From NCBI GenBank assembly GCA_937864815.1, contig CALMJY010000330.1, forward strand, positions 1-59,385: DNA of 59,385 nucleotides, read 5' to 3'. Positions 52,012 to 59,385 of this stretch are shown one piece after another (position 1 is the first letter of the stretch; the number at the start of each line of letters is the position of its first letter). This DNA is from an uncultured Bacteroidota bacterium. GTDB lineage: Bacteria; Bacteroidota; Bacteroidia; Bacteroidales; VadinHA17. The notes under the pieces were generated by a model that saw only the letters and a list, made by a program, of their open reading frames with translations, did no database searches and was not told the origin of the DNA. Position numbers and translations under genes: made by a program.

Positions 52012-53304
52012 CTATAAGCTCCAATAAGTATGATTATGTATCTTTCCACGAAGGATACCTTTAACATCAACAACTATCCCGTCCTTGTTCAATAATGACG
52101 AGAAGAATGATTCATCCAGATTCATGTATTCATTATGGCTTACTGCCAGAATCACAGCATCATATTTCCCTGATGGTTTTTCTTTAAGGTCAATTCCGTA
52201 CTCCTCCTTAACTTCATGTTTTGAGGCTCCCGGGTCAATAATATCAAACTTTATCCCGAAATCATCCAGTTCACTAATAACATCAATCACCTTTGAATTG
52301 CGGATATCTGTGACATTCTCCTTGAATGTAATACCCATAATGAGAACCCGTGAATCTTTGAGTCCCTTACCGGCATGGACTATTTTTTTTACAGTCTGCT
52401 TGCCAATATATCTTCCCATGCTGTCATTAATGAATCTGCCTGAATCTATCATCTGGGGATGATACCCAAGCGCTTTTGCCTTATATGAGAGATAATACGG
52501 ATCAACCCCTATACAATGTCCTCCGACAAGTCCCGGGAAAAATTTCAGGAAGTTCCATTTGGTACCGGCAGCTTCAAGAACCTCGAATGTGTTGATCCCC
52601 ATTTTGTTGAAGATAATTGAGAGCTCATTCATGAAGGCAATATTGATATCGCGCTGTGTGTTTTCAATAATCTTTGCTGCTTCAGCCACTTTTATTGAGC
52701 TTGCTTTATGAACACCCGCTGTGATTATCATTTCATACACTTTTGTAATATTATCGGCTGATTCCTCATCACATCCGCTGGTAACTTTAACAATTTTTGT
52801 CAGAGTATGATTATGATCCCCCGGGTTGATCCTTTCAGGTGAGAATCCAACTTTGAAATCTCTTATATATTTCAATCCTGAAAATCTCTCCAGCACCGGA
52901 ACACAATCTTCCTCGGTACAGCCCGGGTAAACAGTTGATTCGTATACTACATAATCACCCTTTTTCAGAACCTTTCCCACGGTTTCAGATGCTTTAATAA
53001 CAGGAGTAAGATCGGGCAGATTTGTTTTTGTTGTAGGAGTGGGAACGGCTATTATATGAAATGATGCGGAACGCAGGTCTTCAGGATTGCTGGTGAGCAG
53101 GATATCAGTATCCCTGAAAGCCTCTGAAGTTAGCTCATTGCTGGGATCAATGCCTTTTTTCATTAGTTCAACCCTCTCGGGTTTGATGTCAAATCCGACA
53201 ACCTTTATTTTTTTTGCAAATTCGAGGGCAATTGGCAATCCTACATAGCCAAGGCCTATTAAGGACAGTTTGGTCTCCTTTTTAAGTAGTTGTTCAAAAA
53301 TCAT
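52012..53304 (-). CDS. UDP-HexNAc 6-dehydrogenase (WbpA/WbpO/TviB-like)
   Basis: GLGYVG, YESTVYPG, SPERINPG, GGHCIGVDPYYL, FKENVTDIRNS. Confidence 0.88.
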   Translation of the reverse strand: MIFEQLLKKETKLSLIGLGYVGLPIALEFAKKIKVVGFDIKPERVELMKKGIDPSNELTSEAFRDTDILLTSNPEDLRSASFHIIAVPTPTTKTNLPDLTPVIKASETVGKVLKKGDYVVYESTVYPGCTEEDCVPVLERFSGLKYIRDFKVGFSPERINPGDHNHTLTKIVKVTSGCDEESADNITKVYEMIITAGVHKASSIKVAEAAKIIENTQRDINIAFMNELSIIFNKMGINTFEVLEAAGTKWNFLKFFPGLVGGHCIGVDPYYLSYKAKALGYHPQMIDSGRFINDSMGRYIGKQTVKKIVHAGKGLKDSRVLIMGITFKENVTDIRNSKVIDVISELDDFGIKFDIIDPGASKHEVKEEYGIDLKEKPSGKYDAVILAVSHNEYMNLDESFFSSLLNKDGIVVDVKGILRGKIHNHTYWSL

Positions 53305-54257
53305 AACACTTTTTTTAATATTGGATGGTAATTCCCCTGCAATCCTGCAGGTTTTGAATTTCTTATTGTATAAACAGTTTCCACTGATTGTCTGGCTTCA
53401 CTTATTCCGAAACCTCTTCCTTCGAGAATCTCCCTGTAAGTCTGGGTATGGAGATCAGTAAAACCTTCACTGAATTCAATCTCTTCACCGTCAACAGTAA
53501 TTGACCTGTAAGTTCTTTTCCCTGATTTTTTTACATCATCGGGGATGTCATTGTAATCGAGGCTCAGGAACCATCTTACCCTTGCATTTTCCAGTTCAAG
53601 AAACCCGGCTGACCTGTTCTTTTCCGAGATATGCACCAGATTGGATTTTGTATTTCCGAAAATCCATGACAGCATATCGAAAAAATGTATTCCTATGTTT
53701 GTAGCAACTCCTCCCGATTTCTGGATATCTCCCTTCCATGAGATATTGTACCAGTTCCCACGGCTGGTTATATATGACATATCAATATCATATACTTTTC
53801 CTGCGGGACCCTTTTTAATCCTGTCTCTAAGCTCAACAATTTTCGGATGAAGACGTAGCTGAAGGACCGTATATATTTTATTTCCCGTTTCTTTCTCAAT
53901 TTCCTGCAAAGCATCAATATTCCATGGATTTAGCACAATAGGTTTTTCACAGATCGCATCAGCATGATGCCGTAAAGCAAAACGGATATGTGAATCATGC
54001 AGGTAGTTTGGGGAACAAATGCTTACATAGTCAATCTTTGTGCCTGTCCTTTTGAGTTTATCAATATGCCTGTCGAATCTTTCAAATTCAACAAAAAAAT
54101 CGCTTTCCGGGAAATAACTGTCGATGCGGCCCACGCTGTCAAACTTATCCAGGCTTGCAAGAAGGTTATTGCCGGTTTCCTTTATTGCATGAAGGTGCCT
54201 GACGGCAATATATCCGGCAACACCAATAATTCCAAAATTCTTAGAAGCTGCATTCAT
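53301..54257 (-). CDS. wbpB: WbpB-like UDP-GlcNAcA 3-dehydrogenase (Gfo/Idh/MocA)
   Basis: GVAGYIAVRH, CSPNYLHDSH, CEKP, KSGGVATNIGIHFFD, FTDLHT. Confidence 0.82.
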   Translation of the reverse strand: MNAASKNFGIIGVAGYIAVRHLHAIKETGNNLLASLDKFDSVGRIDSYFPESDFFVEFERFDRHIDKLKRTGTKIDYVSICSPNYLHDSHIRFALRHHADAICEKPIVLNPWNIDALQEIEKETGNKIYTVLQLRLHPKIVELRDRIKKGPAGKVYDIDMSYITSRGNWYNISWKGDIQKSGGVATNIGIHFFDMLSWIFGNTKSNLVHISEKNRSAGFLELENARVRWFLSLDYNDIPDDVKKSGKRTYRSITVDGEEIEFSEGFTDLHTQTYREILEGRGFGISEARQSVETVYTIRNSKPAGLQGNYHPILKKVL

Positions 54258-54286
54258 AAGGAAAATCTCTTATCAGGGATGTAAAA

Positions 54287-54868
54287 CTACGGATTAATTT
54301 TATAAACCTTGCCATCTTCAAGCCTGTATCTCTCTCCGCTTTCCGGGCAAGTAGCGATTCCATTATTGCCGAATGCAAGTTTATGGCCGTATTCGCTCAT
54401 CCAGCCTGTCTGGCGTGCAGGATTACCAACAACAAGAGCATAAGGCTTAACCTCTTTTGTCACAACAGCTCCGGCTCCGATAAATGAGAAAGTTCCTATT
54501 CTATTGCCACATACTATTGTTGCATTTGCGCCAATTGAAGCTCCCTTTTCCACAATAGTTTTGGCGTACTGTTCTTTCCTGATTATTGCGCTTCTGGGAT
54601 TAATTATATTGGTAAAAACCATTGAAGGACCAAGGAATACATCATCCTCACATATCACTCCTGTATAGATCGAAACATTATTCTGGACCTTGACATTTTT
54701 TCCGAGCCTGACCCCGGGTGAAATAACAACATTCTGACCTATGTTGCAGTTTTCACCAATTTCTGAATCCTTCATAATATGACTGAAATGCCATATTTTC
54801 GTTCCTTTTCCGATTTTGCAGCCATCATCAATTACGGCCGTCTCATGAGCAAAATATTCCATTTCCAT
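54287..54868 (-). CDS. wbpD: WbpD-like hexapeptide N-acetyltransferase
   Basis: KIWHFSH, GQNV, KVQNNVSIY, FLGPSMVFTN, VGNPARQ. Confidence 0.82.
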   Translation of the reverse strand: MEMEYFAHETAVIDDGCKIGKGTKIWHFSHIMKDSEIGENCNIGQNVVISPGVRLGKNVKVQNNVSIYTGVICEDDVFLGPSMVFTNIINPRSAIIRKEQYAKTIVEKGASIGANATIVCGNRIGTFSFIGAGAVVTKEVKPYALVVGNPARQTGWMSEYGHKLAFGNNGIATCPESGERYRLEDGKVYKINP

Positions 54869-56004
54869 CAGGCTGTTTTATCAAAGAATTTTATGATACT
54901 GGAGGTAATAAAGTCAAGCTGTTCCTGTTCCATTTCGGGGTGCATCGGCAGTGACAGTACCTCTTTGCACAAGGCAGTGGTGACAGGAAAATCGGTTTCA
55001 TCATATCCCGGCTTTCTGTAGGCCTCCTGCAAATGAAGGGGACCGGGGTAATAAATCATTGCAGGGATTTTGAGTGATTCAAGGTATTTCTTCAGTTCAT
55101 CACGTTTTCCATTTCTTACTCTAAGTGTGTACTGGTGAAATATATGCGTTGAATAGGCTGCTCTTTCAGGCAGGATAAGTGACAGGCAACCTGCAAATGC
55201 TTCATCATAAAATTCTGCTGCATTTTTCCTTGCAGCATTGAACCCGGAAAGATATTTCAGCTTGACTCTCAGAATTGCTGCCTGCAGCGTATCAAGCCTT
55301 GAATTGACACCTATATCAGAATAATGGTATCTTTCTTTCATGCCATGGTTGGCAATGCTTCTGAGTTTCATGGCAAGGATTTCATTATTGGTATAGAGAG
55401 CTCCTCCGTCACCATAACAACCAAGATTTTTGGAAGGAAAGAAGGAAGTCGTGCCGATATGACCAATTGTTCCTGCCTTCTTAACCGAGCCATCGCTGAA
55501 AATATAATCAGCCCCTGTAGCCTGGGCTGCATCTTCAATTACAAAGAGATCATGTTCTTTTGCAATCGCCATAATTTTCTCCATATCGGCACACTGACCG
55601 AAAAGATGTACCGGGACAATAGCTTTTGTTTTGGGACTTAATGCTCTTCTTACAGCATCAACTGATATATTGAAAGTTCCGGGTTCCGGGTCCACAAGTA
55701 CAAGTTTTAATCCAAGCAGTGCCACTACCTCTACTGTAGCAATGAATGTAAAATTTGTTGTAATTACTTCATCGCCAGGTTTCAGTCCAAGAGCCATAAT
55801 GGCAAGCTGAAGGGCGTCAGTCCCGTTGGCGCACGATATAACATGCCTGACTCCCATATATTTCTGCAGTTCCTCTTCGAAGAGTTTTACTTCTGGTCCC
55901 TTAATGAATGCAGTTGATTCCAGAACAGATTTAATTGCGCTGTCTATTTCAGGTCCGATCCTGTCATACTGGGCCCTCAGATCAACCATCTGAATATCTC
56001 TCAT
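54868..56004 (-). CDS. DegT/DnrJ aminotransferase (WbpE/PorR-like)
   Basis: NGTDAL, EDAAQA, SFFPSKNLG (PLP lysine), NSRLDTLQAA. Confidence 0.88.
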   Translation of the reverse strand: MRDIQMVDLRAQYDRIGPEIDSAIKSVLESTAFIKGPEVKLFEEELQKYMGVRHVISCANGTDALQLAIMALGLKPGDEVITTNFTFIATVEVVALLGLKLVLVDPEPGTFNISVDAVRRALSPKTKAIVPVHLFGQCADMEKIMAIAKEHDLFVIEDAAQATGADYIFSDGSVKKAGTIGHIGTTSFFPSKNLGCYGDGGALYTNNEILAMKLRSIANHGMKERYHYSDIGVNSRLDTLQAAILRVKLKYLSGFNAARKNAAEFYDEAFAGCLSLILPERAAYSTHIFHQYTLRVRNGKRDELKKYLESLKIPAMIYYPGPLHLQEAYRKPGYDETDFPVTTALCKEVLSLPMHPEMEQEQLDFITSSIIKFFDKTA

Positions 56005-56047
56005 ATAAACAAAATATCTGAAGAATTGCGAAGATAACTTATTTTCT

Positions 56048-56055
56048 TAAATTTG
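56048..56055 (+). promoter_or_regulatory. -7 promoter element (HU-SPOR gene)
   Basis: TAAATTTG, 25 nt before the GTG. Confidence 0.5.
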
Positions 56056-56080
56056 TATTTACATAAATAATGAACTCAAG

Positions 56081-57046
56081 GTGGATATTACAGCATTTAT
56101 CAGGGAATTACTTTTTGGACATGACTGTGTTATAGTCCCGGGTTTTGGTGGATTTATTGGGAATTATACTCCTGCCCAGGTTGACAGGAACACAGGTACT
56201 TTCTATCCCCCGGTGAAGCAGATTTCCTTCAACCGGAACCTTAATCATAACGATGGGCTCCTGGTTGGCAGGATTTCGGGCACCCTGAATATTAATTATG
56301 GCGATGCAAGAACCATTGCCGAGAAGTTTGTTGCCGACCTGAGGAAAAAGCTTGAAAATGGAGAAAGGGTCGTTTTTGACAATATCGGAACCTTTGTAAA
56401 TAACCATGAAGGTAATATTCAGTTTGAGCCGGACAGAAGTGTGAATTATCATCTTGATTCCTATGGTCTGGAATCATTTCAGTGTATGCCTCTCGAGGGA
56501 TATGATGTCCGTAAACGTATTTTAAAGCAAAAAACTAAGGATCCTGTACAGCATATTTCAACGCGGAAGATTTTATGGAGAGCCGCCGTTATTGTTCCTC
56601 TTCTGTCAGTCATTGTTGCAGTACCCCTGATAACTGATATCTTCAAACCAAAAGTTGAGGCATCAACAATGAACCCTCTTGTTACGGAAGAATTTGAACA
56701 CAACAGAGCTGCAGTGGATAAGACAGAGAAACCTGTTATTGATATTTCAGCTGAAATCACTTCAAAAGCTAATGAGGTTATCCCGGCTAAGGTGGCTGAA
56801 GAAAATGCAGTAATTCCTTCTGTGGGTAGCTACCAGTTGATTACGGGAAGTTTCAGATTGAAGGAAAATGCACAGAAACAGGCTAATATGCTGATGGAGG
56901 AAGGTTTTTCTCCGGAAATAGTATCATCCGCAAATGGATTTTTCAGAGTCAGTGCAATTACCTGCAGCAACATTGAGTCAGCTGAATTAAAAAAAGACAG
57001 CCTTGCTGGAAAATTCCCCGGAGCCTGGATAATCAGAAAAAGATAG
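56081..57046 (+). CDS. HU-CCDC81-like domains, TM helix and C-terminal SPOR domain protein
   Basis: HDCVIVPGFGGF, PPVKQISFN, NDGLLV, NIGTF; TM AAVIVPLLSVIVAVPLI; SPOR YQLITGSF..ENA...AWI. Confidence 0.8.
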   Translation: MDITAFIRELLFGHDCVIVPGFGGFIGNYTPAQVDRNTGTFYPPVKQISFNRNLNHNDGLLVGRISGTLNINYGDARTIAEKFVADLRKKLENGERVVFDNIGTFVNNHEGNIQFEPDRSVNYHLDSYGLESFQCMPLEGYDVRKRILKQKTKDPVQHISTRKILWRAAVIVPLLSVIVAVPLITDIFKPKVEASTMNPLVTEEFEHNRAAVDKTEKPVIDISAEITSKANEVIPAKVAEENAVIPSVGSYQLITGSFRLKENAQKQANMLMEEGFSPEIVSSANGFFRVSAITCSNIESAELKKDSLAGKFPGAWIIRKR

Positions 57047-57091
57047 TGTTAATAAAATAACAAAAGGAAGCTGACTTATAACTCAGGGTTT

Positions 57092-57162
57092 ACCCCCAAA
57101 TCCGCCAGGGGGGACTTAGGGAAAATTTCTGTATTTGAAGCCCCCCTTGGGGGGTTGGGGGT
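57092..57162. repeat. Inverted doublet of REP-like elements
   Basis: 57138-57162 is identical to 7020-7044; 57092-57117 (ACCCCCAAATCCGCCAGGGGGGACTT) is a degenerate reverse-complement copy. Confidence 0.75.
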
Positions 57163-57219
57163 AAAATAGGGATTTAGAGATATATCTTTTTATCCAACAT
57201 TATTTTATACTTCTATCTC

Positions 57220-59262
57220 CTACTTAATGGTACTTCCGTTGCTGACTTTTTCAGATGGAGTAATCATCACCAGTTTTCCGTCTTTGTCCTCTGCCATAAG
57301 GATCATTCCCTGAGACTCAATACCTTTTATTTTCCTGGGCTCCAGGTTGGCTATTATTGAAATCTGTTTACCAATAATCTTTTCAGGTTCATAATGTTCT
57401 GCAATGCCTGATACAATTGTCCTTATATCGAGACCGGTATCAATTTTAAGTTTAAGCAGTTTAGTTGTTTTAGGAACCTTTTCAGCTTCAAGTATAGTTG
57501 CAGTGCGGATATCCATCCTGCTGAAGTCATCGAATGTAACGGGGGCTTTAGCTGGAGCTGTTTTTGCTGATGCAGCCTCATTGGCTTTCTTTGTTGAAAG
57601 AAGTTTATCAATTTGTTTATTAATTGCTTCATCTTCAATCTTTTCAAAGAGAAGTTCAGGCTTATTTATCTTATGTCCCGGAAGAAGGATATCGGTATTT
57701 CCGGCATTTTCCCATTTACTGTTTCCGAGATTGATCCAGCCACGCAGCTTACTCATGGAGAATGGCAGGAATGGTTCAAACAGAATTGTAAGGTTGGCAG
57801 TAATCTGAAGTGAGATATTCATAATGGTTTTAACCCTTTCAGGATCTGTTTTCACAACCTTCCAGGGTTCAGCATCAGCAAGGTATTTATTACCCAGCCT
57901 GGCAAGATTCATGGCCTCTTTAAGAGCTTCCCTGAACCTGAAGCTGTCAAGGCTTGTCTCTACATTCTCTTTAAGTCTGCCTATTTCTTTTAATACCTCT
58001 TCATCATTCTGGTCTGTTTTGCCTCTTTCAGGTACTTTTCCGCTGTAGTAATTATTTGTCAGAACCAGTGTACGGTTGACAAAATTACCAAGGATTGCCA
58101 CCAGTTCATTATTGTTTCTGGCCTGAAAATCCTTCCATGTAAAATCATTGTCTTTCGTCTCAGGAGCACTGGCACACAGAGCATAACGGAGCACATCCTG
58201 TTTTCCCGGGAAATCCTCAAGATACTCATGCAGCCATACTGCCCAGTTTCGTGAGGTTGAGATTTTATCGTTTTCAAGATTCAGGAATTCATTTGCCGGT
58301 ACATTATCCGGAAGAATAAAGCTTCCCTCTGCTTTAAGCATTGCAGGGAAGATGATGCAGTGAAAGACGATATTATCCTTTCCAATGAAATGGATCATTC
58401 TTGTATCCTTGTCCTTCCAGTATTTCTCCCAGTCGGGGGTAAGTTCCCTGGTAGCTGAAATGTAACCAATAGGAGCATCGAACCATACGTAAAGCACTTT
58501 GCCCTCTGCACCCTTTACTGGCACAGGAACACCCCAGTCGAGATCACGGCTCACAGCCCTGGGCTGTAAACCCTGATCGATCCAGGATTTACACTGACCA
58601 TATACATTCGTTTTCCATTCCGTATGATCCTCAAGGATCCATTTTTTGAGCCATGGTTCATATTTGTCAAGAGGGAGATACCAGTGCAGGGTCTCTTTCA
58701 GGACCGGCTTACTGCCGCTCACAGTTGAGTGAGGATTGATGAGGTCATTCGGGCTTAAAGAAGTCCCGCATTTCTCACACTGGTCACCATAGGCATTTTC
58801 ATTTCCGCAGTGAGGACAGGTTCCCATTATATATCTGTCGGCAAGAAAACAACCTGCTTCTTCATCATAATATTGTTCCGATGATTTTTCAACGAATTCT
58901 CCCTTCTCATACAAAGTTTTGAAGAAATCGGATGCCGTATCATAGTGCACTTTGTTTGATGTTCGTGAATAAATATCAAACGAGATCCCGAAATCTTCAA
59001 ACGCTTTTTTATTAAGTGAATGATACCTGTCAACAATTGCCTGGGGTGTAACTCCTTCTTTTCTTGCTTTAAGGGTAATAGGCACACCATGCTCATCGGA
59101 GCCGCAGATTGATAATACATCAACACTCTTCATTCTCAGGTACCTTGTATATATATCAGATGGCACATATACCCCTGCCAGATGACCAATATGTATTGGG
59201 CCATTTGCATACGGAAGAGCTGAAGTTATAAGGTATCTTTTGTAATTCTTCATATTATTCAA
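57220..59262 (-). CDS. metG: Methionine--tRNA ligase with C-terminal tRNA-binding domain
   Basis: HIGH, CPHC/CEKC knuckle, [27 protein letters not shown]. Confidence 0.97.
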   Translation of the reverse strand: MNNMKNYKRYLITSALPYANGPIHIGHLAGVYVPSDIYTRYLRMKSVDVLSICGSDEHGVPITLKARKEGVTPQAIVDRYHSLNKKAFEDFGISFDIYSRTSNKVHYDTASDFFKTLYEKGEFVEKSSEQYYDEEAGCFLADRYIMGTCPHCGNENAYGDQCEKCGTSLSPNDLINPHSTVSGSKPVLKETLHWYLPLDKYEPWLKKWILEDHTEWKTNVYGQCKSWIDQGLQPRAVSRDLDWGVPVPVKGAEGKVLYVWFDAPIGYISATRELTPDWEKYWKDKDTRMIHFIGKDNIVFHCIIFPAMLKAEGSFILPDNVPANEFLNLENDKISTSRNWAVWLHEYLEDFPGKQDVLRYALCASAPETKDNDFTWKDFQARNNNELVAILGNFVNRTLVLTNNYYSGKVPERGKTDQNDEEVLKEIGRLKENVETSLDSFRFREALKEAMNLARLGNKYLADAEPWKVVKTDPERVKTIMNISLQITANLTILFEPFLPFSMSKLRGWINLGNSKWENAGNTDILLPGHKINKPELLFEKIEDEAINKQIDKLLSTKKANEAASAKTAPAKAPVTFDDFSRMDIRTATILEAEKVPKTTKLLKLKIDTGLDIRTIVSGIAEHYEPEKIIGKQISIIANLEPRKIKGIESQGMILMAEDKDGKLVMITPSEKVSNGSTIK

Positions 59263-59281
59263 TGCAATTAATCAAAGCGGA

Positions 59282-59289
59282 CAAAGTTA
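59282..59289 (-). promoter_or_regulatory. -7 promoter element (metG)
   Basis: TAACTTTG, 19 nt before the ATG. Confidence 0.6.
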
Positions 59290-59297
59290 ATAATAAA

Positions 59298-59329
59298 AGT
59301 TTGGAGTGCCTAGAGTTTGGGGTGCCTGG
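59298..59329. repeat. Short tandem repeat, 2x16 bp (AGTTTGGRGTGCCTRG)
   Basis: agtttggagtgcctag agtttggggtgcctgg. Confidence 0.65.
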
Positions 59330-59385
59330 ACAGGGCAAACGCATTTAAATTTTAAGTAGATTTTCTCTATATGTATGGTTCTGCA

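Overview
This 59 kb window is mostly core chromosome from a Bacteroidota (Bacteroidales-like) bacterium. The assignment rests on TAnnTTTG -7 promoters, the porP-gldKLMN type IX secretion core, and the asnS-rpoN and panC/glgA-like/DUF4270 gene arrangements. Contents in order: a methionine/SAM cluster (metY-hom-metH-metF converging on metK plus a stand-alone homocysteine methyltransferase, with a SAM-II riboswitch before metK); gldA; usp; asnS-rpoN; an rbfA-methyltransferase-lolE-like-DUF4296-deaminase-radical SAM-glycosyltransferase run; trpS; an uncharacterised three-gene envelope operon; mlaEF; manC; the T9SS core; topA; PBP1A; radA; panCD; a Wbp-type nucleotide-sugar cluster; an HU-SPOR gene; and metG. 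I saw no rRNA, tRNA, CRISPR array, prophage or transposase. The most interesting unexplained structure is the ~570 bp after trpS. It holds a candidate ~70 nt sigma54-driven small RNA with repeated UCCC motifs and a TonB-dependent receptor gene collapsed to ~400 bp by two internal deletions. Next to it is an operon for a propeller protein, a four-repeat lipoprotein and a DUF5723 barrel. All family assignments come from motif recognition by eye; no database searches were run.
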